From assembly GCA_002633005.1 (NCBI GenBank), contig NMRA01000262.1:6902-70901 (forward strand): a stretch of 64,000 nt of DNA, given 5' to 3'. This DNA comes from Phoronis australis. Taxonomy: Eukaryota > Animalia > Phoronida. A program made the translations under genes and the position numbers. Below are positions 50,277-64,000 of the stretch, piece after piece; the first letter of the stretch is position 1, and each line of letters starts with the position of its first letter. A model generated the notes under the pieces. It was not told where the DNA came from. It made no database searches and worked only from the letters and a program-made list of their open reading frames with translations.

Positions 50277-51948
50277 CAGTGGCGGATCTACGGGGGGGAG
50301 TTCAGGGGGTTTAAACCCCCCCCCTCGGGCCAGGGCCCAAAAATTAAAAAAAAAACGTCTCCGCCAGCGTGTGTAAACCCCAAGTAAACCAACTTGGAAA
50401 AAAATGAGGGTTTCACTCTGAAAATGTATTGTTTTGCTGTTATGAAAATCAACGCATTTCGAGTCTTCGTGGCTCATCGGCAAAACCCCAGAGATCAATT
50501 GCCGAGCGCGCGCTTCCGTCGACACTTCTGAAGTAGACTAGCCAAGAAATTTAGATGGTTCCACCGCTGAAAGAGCAGCTCTATTGCTGATTTCTTTAGG
50601 TAACTAGTTTCTTTACTGTAAGATATGTTTTAATATGATTAGGGGAAATACTGTGGTGCCGCAACCCTGATATTCAGGCGAATTGACGTGCAACGTTTTT
50701 ACCTCATCTCAGTGTCATGCCGTGTCATGCTATTACACTCCACACGTTTGTAACTGGTGTATAGTAAAGTTGTCTTGCGCAATATCATACAGTGTACATG
50801 TAATACTTTTGAAAAAAAAATCGTTTTCCGAAGAATGGCTGTTGTGGCGGGCGCCGTGGTCTGGTCGCGAGTCTGTTTGAAGATGCACTCTAACAAGTTA
50901 TGTCTATACAAGGAATGACCAAGGAGGCACTCACATTGACAAAGTGACCGCATTCGCGAACAGTGTACAGTACCAGAAATTTGCTGAGAGACTGTATTTT
51001 CATTCACAACAAAGTCTTGTGGGACTCGTGCGATGTTCAATAGGCCTCCTAAGGAGCCCGAAGTGCCGACCTCAATACCTACCGTCTTTCTACCTGCAAT
51101 AAGCACCACTGCCATTTTCTATACTGGGAATTTCCGCAGAAAGGCCCACCCGACGAAACGCCCATGCCNAGCCTTTTTGTGTTCTCTCAGCGTACATGCA
51201 CATCTGGTCCCTCTGCAAACTAGTCCAGTATATCTTTTCACCACTGTGCACAAGTTTTGTTTCGTGAAACTGTTTTCAGATGATTTGTTTCCTTATACAT
51301 TTGACGTTTTTTAATTGTTGTCAACGTGATTCAGCTTAATAAAGTGATAATTAATTGTTTATTGTCGTTTTTAATAATAGACTATGAACTGAGAGCACCG
51401 TCGTTCGCCAGTTTTTCTCGTAACGAGACAGAATACATGTTTATTTCTGCACTAACAGTACAGGTATTCGTTCTCAAACTGCTTGAGGCTGTTGCGATCA
51501 TCTGATATTCAAGTTTTTACGCCCCGTCGGTGCTCCTTGTGCTCTTGAATATTTGGTAGTTGTCCAAACCCTTGCATACACACCACACTTTTTCGTTTGC
51601 TAAAAAGGTGTGTGTAAGCCGATGTTCCAACAAAAATTTTTGCTGGTGGTGTGACTCATACCCAGATGTGCAAAAATATGGTTTCACGAAACTTATGAGC
51701 CAAGTTCATGTGACGAAATCGAGAAGGGTTTTTAATTATCTTAAGAAAAACTCCAGGGACATGTTAAGTGCCAGAAACGTACGAGGATGCATGGAAATTT
51801 CACTGTTTGGCTACAAAAACAAAAAAATTGTCTTACACGGGAGGGGGTTTATCAGACCTACCCCCCCCCGCTCGGCGCCACGCGCCTCGGATTTGACCTT
51901 TGCGGGAATCCTAACCCCCCCCTTACTGAAAACGTAGATCCGCCACTG
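50277..51948. mobile_element. 1.67-kb non-autonomous TIR element with 5-bp TSD AACTT
   Basis: AACTT|CAGTGGCGGATCTACG...CGTAGATCCGCCACTG|AACTT. 16-bp perfect TIR and G/C-run subterminal repeats. An internal single N at ~51169. Confidence 0.85.
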
Positions 51949-53516
51949 AACTTGAAGAACTGATCAGATGCAAATGCATATCAAGTAACCACGTAAATGA
52001 TGGCGCCGTTAACTTTGTTAGGAACAAACATGTTTCAAAATATAATATTCACAAAAATTTAATTAATTTTGATTTTTGCTCAGGGATACCCATAGTTTAC
52101 GTATTGCCTGAGTAAACTCGCCTTTGATTGGACATAACGGCAAATCTGTTCAGGGCCTTGAATAGGCAATACTACGCGTTGAATACGTTGAATTCACAAT
52201 ACTACGAGTTGAATAAGAGCATAACGATGATCGTTAAGGAACTAATTTAGCGCGTTTATTAAGCAAAACTACTACATTTTTCATCTCAACATGCTCGCAA
52301 ATACAAACAAGCCACATTCACTTGCCCTACAAGCTATACCTAACTAAAAATTCCCCCAAGCCTGGCCTACCTCTAACTGAGCAGTGCCACCTATGGGAAA
52401 TGAACGGTCAGAATTCTGACACATTGTTATGGAAATCACCAGAGTATCACTAGTAATATAAAGTTACATCAACTTTGAAATTTTCTGCAGTATAATATAA
52501 AAATGAAAACTAACGGTATATTGTAATAATTTAGGTCTAAATCATTGCAAAAATGATGTATGTTGATAAAAAACAGATTAATTTTATGAATAAAAATGAT
52601 TTGAAAATAAGTACGGCAACAACCCTTATTCCAAACAATAACCAATACAATGCCTTCTGCTTCATAAACGACAGCAACAATGCCTGTGAAAATAATTAAA
52701 ATCTGCCTTTGTTTTAATGACATCAAGCCAACGGCGCACACAGTATTTCCCATAACCTAAAATGACTAAACCGATAAGCGCCATTTTGAGGCTTGGGAAC
52801 GAGGCTGATAAACTGAATGATTCTTGCGTGTTCTCTACACCCTAGCGGACAGGCATGGAATCGGAGAGAACGAAAGCTGGAACCATCGGCGCTGAAAATT
52901 TTTATAGTTACACTCCGACCCTGGAGACTGCTATCCGGCGAACTTGATGTCCAGCTTATCAATAAACAGGCACATTGTTCACTTTTCATGAAATGTTAAG
53001 ATTTTCAAAAAACGGAGACGTTTTTTCTAGTCTTCTCACAATTTCCTTAACTTTTTCCTCAAGTCTCTAAATTTTCTTCGTCTAGTTAAGATTTCCTTGA
53101 CTTTTTCTTGAGAGTAATGAAGCTCGATACCAGTCTCACCGAGTCAGTCACAAACTGGCGGCGTATTGCTAAAAAATTTGACCGGGATCCCAGAGCTATT
53201 TTGGGCATGAAAAGGTAACCAATTTTCTTTGGTGCCACAGTGCTCTATGGGTATCCTGATGCTTGGAAATGGCTTCTGGCAGGTTCGCTTTGGTGGGTGT
53301 GGTCAGGGGAGCCAAGAGAATGACATTCGAAAATTGAGCTAGATCAACTTTTCTGGTAACCACTTCAAACTGCCTTGGATACCTACTACGTAATCCACTG
53401 TATCAAAATTGGCCTCTGCCAGACAATTTCACTGGTGGGGACTACCCGCCAGACGAACATATACAGGGTACAAAAATTGAGCTAGATCAATCCAAGAGGT
53501 AACCGCTTGAAACCAN

Positions 53517-53770
53517 TGGAGACTGCTATCCGGCGAACTTGATGTCCAGCTTATCAATAAACAGGCACATTGTTCACTTTTCATGAAATGTTAAGATTTT
53601 CAAAAAACGGAGACGTGTTTTCTTGTCTTCTCACAATTTCCTTAACTTTTTCCTCAAGTCTCTAAATTTTCTTCGTCTAGTTAAGATTTCCTTGACTTTT
53701 TCTTGAGAGTAATGAAGCTCGATACCAGTCTCGAGTCAGTCACAAACTGGCGGAGTATTGCTAAAAAATT
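53517..53770. other. Haplotype/contig-overlap duplicate of 52922-53178
   Basis: Follows a single N (53516), has a few substitutions, and the two copies diverge after ...CTAAAAAATT. Confidence 0.85.
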
Positions 53771-56684
53771 ATCTCTTCACTTTTCGCCTTAGATTTTTCA
53801 ATTACAAAGTAGGTACGTTTTCCGGATCATCAGGGGTCGAAAACCTCGTGTGTGTTGGCTAGATTGACCTAAAAAAGTCATGAGACGTTGTTCAAGTGTT
53901 TTTTAGGTGAAAATCCGCCAAAACGTTTGACGTAACTCAATTAAATTCTATTTGCATGTCAGTGAGCATAACAACAACTGAACACGGTAACAGACCATTC
54001 CGTTAGTAAAAGCAATATGATCGCCGACACATTTAATTGAGTTCATCTGTTCAGTTTTTTGACAAGATGAAAACAACCTTTGTCGACAAAACATAAAGCC
54101 GGCTTACCGCAATTCTATAGGAATGTTGACCCAAATCGTAATTCTATGGGTGAGCGTAGTTTCAGTGAAAAGATACTGCCGGTGCACATTGAGTGAAAGT
54201 TGGTTAAACCAATTCGAGTATCCGTTTCGGATGAGTTGCAACCTTTCAATCTGATATCGTCCCTTCTGCGTTAATATACATGAAGCGCTACCGTGAGTGC
54301 ATAACTGTATACCGCGATACTGTAATTTAATTGTCTAAACAAAAGCTACCGTTTTAAATAGTCAAACTCAATCACCGCCTAAATACTAATCTATAACTCA
54401 ATTTGATTACCTATGCACCCATGAACAACACAATAATTTGGATTTTTTTGCACGCTCATTCGACACAATTTGCCACATGTACAACGTTCGTATAATGTAC
54501 ATACCAGCGTGATAACGTCACACCGAAATGAACGAACTTCGTCTCCAAGGAGCTTAGAGGATGTTCATGCATTATATTAGTAAACTGTAATGATTTTTTA
54601 TTGTTTTAATTATAAATATGTCAGTAGGCAGTCATAAATACGTTGCGTCTTAGATACGTTAGGTTTCACAGTTAATTACGTCTCGTATTCCCGCAATATT
54701 GGGAGTGACCTACTCACTGGCAAACTCTAGAGATATATCGTCTGCTGCATAGCTTAATTGACTGGTTCGAAAAACCGTATTGCTGAGAAATTTAAATGCT
54801 ACATATGGCTGCACACAGGGAGGGTGTCATGGGTTGGAGAAATTTACGACTCGGCGAAGACCACTTCCAAAACCAAGCACTCGTAGCTGTCCACTGATTG
54901 GACTAACTGGGACAAATAATGTCACGACGAGTACTGGCAAGTCCCCGGTAGAACTCTGACGCACAATACGTAGCATTATTCGATTACTTAGCACGTGACT
55001 GCCTGTTGATATTATTCAAAGGCTTCGGTACATGTCGGAGAAGCTTATTGTGTACAGCCAATTTCCTCGAAATACCATCGCCCATTGCTTTTATGGTCCG
55101 AGTCACGGCTGTGCTAAACAGTTAAGGAAAGGTTCGGGAAAGCTTTTTACTCATATTAATGAGGCAGCTACAAAGTTAGCTCATAGCTCATGTATGGCAA
55201 CAGTTGTCCTAGCTCCTATCAAGCCGCTGAAAAGCAACTCAGTCCGTCATGAGAACGAACTAACGGTAGCCAAGGCCATGCTCAGGTGCATGATAATCGT
55301 CCTGCTTTTTGGGCTCGGGGCTTGTGAGTCAAACACCGGCCTCTGTGGCTGTCAAGGTAGGTACATTGAATGTCATTTACGTCAAACTGTGTCACAAGGT
55401 ATGGTAATGAATGTGTGGTACGGTATGGGAAATTTATAAGTGTTCATAGGATGTTTGTGTCATTTACTTGTAGCCTCACTGTTTACATGCGCCAGGCGGC
55501 TCTGCATATGCCCGGACGTAGTAGTAGTGAGTAGTAATAATCTTTATTTAAAAGTCAGTGAGCTTTAACAATGAAACGTTAGCACAAGTGCTGTTATCCG
55601 ACAGGTGGATTTCTCCCAACTCCGATAACAAAACCATGGTCATTGAGTCATAACGTCAATTTTACATTCGTCCTCAGATTTTTTACTTCAGGTCGAGATC
55701 TTAATATGCCGTGTAATGAGATTGACTGCCACGGGAAGTAGTCAGCCGCGGTGTTCGCTCATACATGTATATCCCTGGACAATCTGAGTGGGTTGCTTTG
55801 GGATTACAAATTGCATTAGAACAATATTTTCCTGCACTGAATATAGTTGTCAACAGCTCACATATAGACATGTACGTTTTATGCAACATGTCTGCTGTGC
55901 ACTCAAATTGGCTTGTTAGAGAATTTCACATCATTTGTTTGTTGGGAGAAATCCGCCTGTCGTGTTAAGTTTTTTATTTAAGGATTAAGACATTTTTATG
56001 TTACATTGTTTAGGCATTATCAATACTTGCTGATACGTAAACCCACATGTACAGAGTAATCATCATTATCAGTAAATTGTTCTCAGGGTCTCGGGGGGGG
56101 GGCACTACTGCATGTGCAATTAAGTGTAATCCTACAGGTCCGACCCGGGCCTCAGAGTTGGAGGGGTGCCCCTGCGCCTTCAAAATTGTGACTATGTTTA
56201 CTTCACCCAAAAATTTAAAAAGTGCGAACTAAAGTTTCAGTGCATGCTACTATAAAAGTGTGGAATTGTGCACTATATTTCTATGTGTAAAAAGGCGGCT
56301 GCTTGTTGTATACTATTCCCGTGGCTTGGCCCCATACTTTGCATCATGAGCTCCACCGGGGGGAGGATGGTTGGATTCACTCTTGCGTAGAACTGGTTGG
56401 CAGGAATATGTTGCGTACCTGGCGTTAGGGGTATTTTTGTCGTCTACATTTGTAACTAATTAAAGGTTTACTTCCTTTTTGCTCACCGGCCAAACTGCGA
56501 AAACTGAATTAGAATAATGTAAGATAAAAACGATGTCGCAGTCAAATATTTCAAACCATGATAAAATTGATTTCCGTTCTCAAACACAGCCATATCTTTT
56601 GACGGGCTTGTCCAACCCCTTCTTAATCAATGATGGCACGCGATAAACGATACAGTATGCGGTAAAGTCACCCGCCTTTCAGCN

Positions 56685-57169
56685 CTTCACCCAAAAATTT
56701 AAAAAGTGCGAACTAAAGTTTCAGTGCATGCTACTATAAAAGTGTGGAATTGTGCACTATATTTCTATGTGTAAAAAGTCGGGTGCTTGTTGGATACTGT
56801 TCCCGTGGTTTGGCCCCATACTTTGCATTATGAGCTCCACCGGGGGGGGAGGATGGTTGGATTCACTCTTGCGTAGAACTGGTTGGCAGGAATATGTTGC
56901 GTACCTGGCGTTAGGGGTATTTTTGTCGTCTACATTTGTAACTAATAAAAGGTTTACTTCCTTTTTGCTCACCGGCCAAATTGCGAAAACTGAATTAGGA
57001 TAATGTAAGATAAAAACGATGTCGCAGTCAAATATTTCAAACCATGATAAAATTGATTTCCGTTCTCAAACACAGCCATATCTTTTGACGGGCTTGTCCA
57101 ACCCCTTCTTAATCAATGATGGCACGCGATAAACGATACAGTATGCGGTAAAGTCACCCGCCTTTCAGC
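56685..57169. other. Haplotype/contig-overlap duplicate of 56201-56683
   Basis: Follows a single N (56684) and is near identical apart from scattered SNPs. Confidence 0.9.
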
Positions 57170-58185
57170 GAACGGTTGGCATACATCGGTAAGAATGGGT
57201 GATTTGTAATAAAACCACGATAACAATGGATTCTATTGTTTTATGGCTCTTCTTTTGTCACGTTTAACAAAAATTCCGAAAACGAGTTCTCAGTAAAAAC
57301 GACAGATTCAATTTAAAGGCTATAAGGCTGTGCTGAAAACGCGAGTCATTTCACCGAGGCAAGTTATAAACTGAAATGAAACAACTTTACTGTTGTTATT
57401 CAGTGGTAGAAACAATAGGCAAACTCCATTGGTTCTGGAACGTGTGTGTAAAGTTTTGGTTACTAAATTAAATAGAACTGCATTTAAAGTCTTCGAAAAT
57501 TTCTTGAACGTTTATTCATGCCATCGGCCCACGGTACTTACATATCAATCACAACAATAAAATACAGTAAATATGCATACGCAAGTGTAGTACTTACAAT
57601 CGTTAAGTAATTTTTCTCTAAAACAGAAGCATGATATACAAATTTGATTAGGTTTTTAAGCACGATGGGATCAGAAGTTTTCATTAATCTTAGAAATCCA
57701 CAATTGGTCGCGTTGGTCCAATATACTCTAGGTAACATTCTTATTTTCAGTTTATCATAAAATAAAGTGATATTCATCCTCAATAAAGTTCTATTGTATT
57801 GAAACACTGTTTTTCCATAGTATTACTAATACAAGCTCACACGAGCGGCCAGGTCAACAAAACAAGTTTTATCGTCTATACAACTTCATGAAACTAATAG
57901 GTTGGAAGGCTTTTCCTAGATGGAAAGGTGGTGAAGAGAGGTCCTTATGACCAGGTGATTGTTGTGACAGGAAGCTCATTTTTGTAGCCAGAACTTGAGT
58001 TCTAAGCCGCTCGTTGAGTCGCAGCTGTACCACACTGAACAGAGTGTGCTGGGTTATTTGATGTTACAGCCTAGGGCCTCGGATAAAATATGGCCGGGCC
58101 CCGCTTGGTGATAGCCACAGGGCTCCCTCGAATGTTGTGTCGACCGCGACACGAAAAATTGTGGCGACCGGGTAGTAACTCGAAA

Positions 58186-58293
58186 TGACTGACGACCGGG
58201 GAGTAACTCGAAAGTACTAATGACTGACGACCGGGGAGTAACTCGAAAGTACTAATGACTGACGACCGGGGAGTAACTCGAAAGTACTAATGA
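58186..58293. repeat. ~37-bp tandem repeat, ~3 copies
   Basis: ATGACTGACGACCGGGGAGTAACTCGAAAGTACTA repeated, ending at an N. Confidence 0.85.
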
Positions 58294-59027
58294 NCTTATC
58301 GTCCAGATTAAAACCTAACGGTAAAGGGTCGTTACCGGAAAGCGGCGGCAGGCTGTGAGGTAAAGCAGGAGGTAGCGGTCCAAGTTCGGTGGCGGAGACA
58401 GCAGTAGGCTGAGGCGCTGGTGCATGGGCGGCGGTCGACGAAGATAAGAGCGATGGCAAAGGAGAAGGCGAGTCCATATGCTCACATAAATATATTTAAC
58501 GAGTGAAATACCATTTTTGTCTAAACACCCAGCCTTGTCAATATAGTCCCGCAAAACTTTTAGGTTGAATCTTAAAATGTGTTTTCATTCATCAAAATTC
58601 TCTTTGGCATCGTTTTTGAGCGCCTAGTCTTAGACTGACGTAGGATTGCCTGCTAACATTTCTTCTTTATTATCGGGTCATGGCATTTTTAGTGACATCC
58701 TAGCCGGTGGCAAGTCAATCGACATGACGTCATATACGGAAAGATGTCATTCGCTCAGTTTTCCCCTCGCAGGTTCCACACGTGCCTAGCCAGCACACGT
58801 GCCGGCTGCCGACCACCTAGTGGCACGCCGGGAACCAGCGAGAGTTTTCCCGAGACCACGCCATTTCCGTCTGCAGCTTTAGAACGAACGTACTGGGGTC
58901 GAAAGACGGATTCTTTTTGAAGCCAAGTGCCTACATAACTTTTCTTCCAGAACTTATTGTTATACTACTCCACAAAACATTATTAAAAGATTTTTACTCA
59001 CTCCATTCACGTGTTTTCTTCAGCTGC

Positions 59028-59317
59028 AAAAACTCACCTATTACCGTACAAAACTCACCTATTACCGTACAAAACTCACCTATTACCGTACAAAACTCAC
59101 CTATTACCGTACAAAACTCACCTATTACCGTACAAAACTCACCTATTACAGTACAAAACTATTCAGAAATATGCCCATTATCAAACTACGGAATCTGCAT
59201 GTCAGCATTGTTAAAGGTGTATCTTACCGGTCACAGCTGATACCATTGTTAAAGGTGTGTCTTACCGGTCACAGCTGATACCATTGTTAAAGGTGTGTCT
59301 TACCGGTCATAGCTGAT
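59028..59317. repeat. 21-bp (x~6) and ~38-bp (x3) tandem repeats
   Basis: AAAACTCACCTATTACCGTAC; CATTGTTAAAGGTGTGTCTTACCGGTCACAGCTGATAC. Confidence 0.9.
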
Positions 59318-59909
59318 TCTTGTTTGCCTGCGCTGTGTAATGAATTTTAATCATACATAACAGTTACGCCTACCCAGCCATTTTTATTTTTTCTCAGTAT
59401 TGAAGTTTTCTTATAATATATGCATGACGTATTTATTCTTTTTTCTTTCCTCTGTTGTGCCAAACATGTTTAAGTTTTTATCGTTCTTATCTATACCTAA
59501 GTTTCAGTTTCTTACGTTATTGTACCGGTAGTTTATACTGTAATTCTTAGATATCTGTCCTTTGTATACTGTATGTACACATTTTACATAGACATGTAAT
59601 CATTTTGCTGACAGTAGAAATAGGTTGATGTTTCACTCATGTAGCGAGTTAAATTGCTGAAACCAACACTTAACTAACTAGATATAGGTGATTTTCATGC
59701 AAGTGGTTCCTTAGCCTTTTGAAAGTATCCTTGCGATGCTTTGATATCTGAAAGTAGTCAATGACTATTATTCATATAGTCTGCTCAGTAAAACGTCAGT
59801 CTAATTGTTTTAGTTCGGCTACTACAAGTCCCACTCATTTCATTTGAAGATACGTTTTGTACGCACTAGGCGCTACTTATGCAGACTATTTGTATTATGA
59901 ATGGCTAAA

Positions 59910-60385
59910 TAAACTATCTACTATCTATATATCAATCAATCAATTTATCTATCTATCTATCTGCCCACCTACCTACCGACAGACAGACCAACCTATCTAT
60001 CTATCTATCTATTTATCAATTTATCTACCTACCTACCTACGTACCTACCTACCTACCTACCTACCTACCAACAGACCGACCTATCTATCTGTCTGTCTGT
60101 NCCTACCTACCTACCTATCTACCTATCTGATTGGTATCTTTCTTTCTACCTACCTACCTATCTTTCTTTCTGCCTACCTAACTACCTACCTTTCTATTTA
60201 CCTACCTACCTTTCTACTTACATACCTATCTTTCTATCTACCTACCTACCTTTCTACCTACCTACCTTTCTATCTACCAACATACCTATCTTTCTATCTA
60301 CCTACCTATCTTTCTACCTACCTACCTATCTTTCTACCTACCTACCTAACCTATGTTTCTATCTACCTATCTACCTACCCACCTA
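59910..60385. repeat. Compound (CTAT/CTAC)n microsatellite
   Basis: Directly visible. Explains the 184-aa low-complexity ORF. Confidence 0.95.
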
Positions 60386-63300
60386 TGTATATGTGGAAAG
60401 TGACGCCGTGAGTTAACACTGGGGCAGTTGTAAACGGACATCATCGTGGCATAATCACTCAGTAAATAGAAGTATATTGTGAGGAGTGGGTCTACCCGTG
60501 TAGTTGCATGTGTATTTATGTGGCTGAGTTACTCGATGTTATTTTGACCCAGAATGATAGATCGGAGCCGTTTAGTCACTGCTAGGGGTTGAGGGTCACG
60601 GCACCAAAAAGATGCGGATTATATTGTGTATGAGAATAAAACCCGAAGTGGTTCGAAGAGAAAAGTATTTCTGTTTGTGGTATGATGTATTTAAAAGCTA
60701 CTGGTGAGATAGTATAAGGATATAACATATAACATGCAAGTGAAAACTAATCAATGGGGAAGATTAGCTAGTGCTGGGATGATTTGTAAATATATGTCAA
60801 GAGGTACCAATTAATAACAGTAAATACCTAAGCTAATTAACCGTGAACACCTGTCATAAACACATGGCAATATGCGACTAAAATGAATTAATTTTCCACA
60901 TTCTTTAAAAGCACGCCTCCACGGTTTTTAAAATACACTGAGAAGCACAACACGCCACATGGGTGGTTGGTTGCAGTAGCTTGAGTCGGGGGGTCATCTT
61001 GGGCAACACCGTGGCAAGGTTGCTGCACAGATGGGGGGAGACCAGGTGGTAAAAATTACCCATGGGCGACACAAAGGAAGACGGAGCTTAAGCGAAATTG
61101 GGTAATTTATAGACAAGAGCCACCCCCAAGTTGTAAAAGTGTCGACATTACACCACCGTGATGTCCATCACTTGTAATGGTGAGTCGCTACACTAAGCTC
61201 TGTGCATGTGAATTTTTCGAGCACTCCTCGCAGTGCAATTACTTGACTGGGAATTGTGAATCTCTTGGCAAATCATGACGTTTCAAACCTTTGCTTTCTT
61301 ATGCTTAAGTAGGCCTTCTTAATATCTGCGTTTTTTCAATAAAAAAACAACACGAAATTGTGTGTGCAGTTCTCAAAATGAGTCGGGCTCTGATGATTTT
61401 TCTCTCAAAATGTAGTACTTTACCGTAGCCATAGAAAAGGCGAGCACAAGCCTATTATTATACACGATATTGAAAATCGAAGTTTAAAATCGAAAATGCC
61501 TGATCAATATATAGGCCTAGTCATCCATTTTTCCAAGAAAAACCGGCGCAAAACATTAACTTCATTTGGTGAGCTACCCTACACCGTGTTTATTCGCTTA
61601 TTTGCTCGCCACAGGTGTGTTTGCTATTGGTCCCATTGTTATCATTAACTCTCTGAACGGTACTTTTCTGACCTCACCTTTGAGACCGCATGTCCCGCCT
61701 CCAGGAAAAGGAAGAAATTGTAGCGTCAGTTTTATGAAGAAATTAAACTTCAACTCATTTTATTGTTAGTACAAATTTCAATTTCGACTGTGACATTTTC
61801 GCCAATGTCTTTGCTATCAGTAACAATAATTTTGGTCATTTCTGTTAAATATAACAAAATAGATATTTTGTTACTATCTTATTTCATAGGTCTAGGAAGC
61901 TGGAATTGACTGGCAAAACTACAATTATCTCTTTCATTTTTTTCTTTAAAATATGCAAATTATTCAACAGTGGCACGATCGCTTATAGGGTAAAATGCAA
62001 ACGCGCATTTTAAAATGTGGCGAAGTAATCCACATTTCGTTTCGCTAGGGAAACCCAGCGGAACTTCCTGATCGTCGCGTGGCCTGCACCTGCACCTGCA
62101 CCACCGGCGCTCAGTTTCTGGCGGCCGGGCGGAGCAGCAGGTGGGCACCTCAGTGTCCAAGCTTTCTGATCGGCCCCCCCAGCCGATCACTTGCACCGGG
62201 GATTTTTGGCACCTGTCGAAACAACAGGTGCGCGCGCCGGGTGGAACAATGGGTCCGTACACTGACACATTTTAAAACGCAAGTGTTCTCTTTACCCCGC
62301 CTATATCGTGGTGCCCTCGCTGTCGTGCCATCAAATTATAGGTCACATGACCACAAACGTCATGACCTTGGCGGGCTCTTTGAAGAAAATGTGGCTAGGC
62401 TGTGAACGAACGGTGGGGTCATGGACGTCTTTCAGTGAGTTCTAGTAAATTGCACTGGTAATAAATTCTGTAGGATTGGATCTAACTCTGTTGCAAGAGT
62501 AGGGGACCAAAGAACACGGCAAAATAGGAAAATAGTTCATTGGCAGCTATAGACCGGCAGCCCAGAGCACTTAGCATAGATGAACGAGGTACCAACATCT
62601 GACCACGGGAGCATTTAAAGTCCACCTCAGTATGTACAGAAATGGACGTCTGCCGTTGTATGCACTCTGGGTGTGACCCCTGGGGGCCTTACAAAGACCC
62701 CAAAAAATGAGCTAGACTAGATATTCGAGGTACCAACCAAAACTGATTTAAAACGAACAATAATACCGCACTGAACACCGAATGACCCATGACAGACAAA
62801 TTGCACTCTGGAATGGGTCCGGCAGAAGCCAAAAAAGGACCCCCCAAAAATGAGCTAGCACATACATTCGAGGTACCACACAAAACCAATTCCATGTGAT
62901 TCAATACATGTCACAGATCACTAAAACCNNNNNNNNNNNNNNNNNNNNNNNNNNNNNNNNNNNNNNNNNNNNNNNNNNNNNNNNNNNNNNNNNNNNNNNN
63001 NNNNNNNNNNNNNNNNNNNNNNNNNNNNNNNNNNNNNNNNNNNNNNNNNNNNNNNNNNNNNNNNNNNNNNNNNNNNNNNNNNNNNNNNNNNNNNNNNNNN
63101 NNNNNNNNNNNNNNNNNNNNNNNNNNNNNNNNNNNNNNNNNNNNNNNNNNNNNNNNNNNNNNNNNNNNNNNNNNNNNNNNNNNNNNNNNNNNNNNNNNNN
63201 NNNNNNNNNNNNNNNNNNNNNNNNNNNNNNNNNNNNNNNNNNNNNNNNNNNNNNNNNNNNNNNNNNNNNNNNNNNNNNNNNNNNNNNNNNNNNNNNNNNN

Positions 63301-64000
63301 NNNNNNNNNNNNNNNNNNNNNNNNNNNNNNNNNNNNNNNNNNNNNNNNNNNNNNNNNNNNNNNNNNNNNNNNNNNNNNNNNNNNNNNNNNNNNNNNNNNN
63401 NNNNNNNNNNNNNNNNNNNNNNNNNNNNNNNNNNNNNNNNNNNNNNNNNNNNNNNNNNNNNNNNNNNNNNNNNNNNNNNNNNNNNNNNNNNNNNNNNNNN
63501 NNNNNNNNNNNNNNNNNNNNNNNNNNNNNNNNNNNNNNNNNNNNNNNNNNNNNNNNNNNNNNNNNNNNNNNNNNNNNNNNNNNNNNNNNNNNNNNNNNNN
63601 NNNNNNNNNNNNTGAACTACCGTATTTCATTCTTGCATTATGAAAACCCCGATGAACATGTTCATATTATTAGGGAAAAGTAGGTCTAGACCTAATAAAC
63701 TTTGGTCAATGAAGAAAGTCTTCTCTTGTCAATCAGTGCGTCATACGAGCAAAAAAATTGACGGAAAAGATTTCCAAGGTTACATGTCACTATTCCGAAT
63801 GTTCATCACTCCAAAAGTCGTCTACTTCGAAGTTACTGCGAAGGTTCGCTACCTTCAAAAGTTCACTCTACTTCGAATGTCCACAATTCCGAAACCAAAA
63901 CTCCGTCAGTTCATTACTCTGCCTTGTACGTGCTAACGAGTCGGAACTAATATGAGAAAAGTATTGTATTTTTGCCCATTTAGTAACTATTTAAAGGGCG

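Noticed and set aside
56201-57169. 484-bp tandem duplication as a biological repeat or LTR pair
   Set aside because: The copies abut at a single N and differ by SNP-level changes, consistent with uncollapsed haplotypes.
59857-60411. 184-aa hydrophobic ORF
   Set aside because: Translation of a (CTAT/CTAC)n microsatellite.
62896-63630. 239-aa ORFs (and those at 3710-4048)
   Set aside because: They span N gaps.
63618-64000. TACCGTATTTC start suggesting another Tc2-like element
   Set aside because: Only a short terminal match next to a gap, with no partner TIR in the window.

Overview
Metazoan (invertebrate-type, AT-rich, intron-rich, draft diploid assembly with N gaps and single-N contig joins) genomic DNA, not prokaryotic. 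Two spliced genes lie head to head. On the - strand are the first two coding exons of a TMEM59-like gene (3029->1622, continuing off the left edge). On the + strand is a complete CDC14-family dual-specificity phosphatase gene (ATG 8735/8750 to stop 46733 or 46752). Its GT-AG exons join in frame to give about 624 aa and include the catalytic HCKAGLGRT motif. The most notable signal is in its splicing. It has two homologous 88-nt exons (28163-28250 and 29206-29293) that can only be used mutually exclusively. It also has a terminal exon that reads in two frames: SLRNSYTNY* or RSATHTRTTRSTVLR*. From memory of the human proteins, these alternatives resemble the distinguishing features of the vertebrate paralogues CDC14A and CDC14B, so one gene may make both types. 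The rest is introns and intergenic DNA containing non-autonomous DNA transposons (Kolobok-like with a THAP remnant, Tc2-like, hAT-like, Helentron/HINE-like), many unrelated minisatellites, and haplotype-overlap duplications at contig joins. The long ORFs at 44134-46260 come from a 42-bp tandem repeat.
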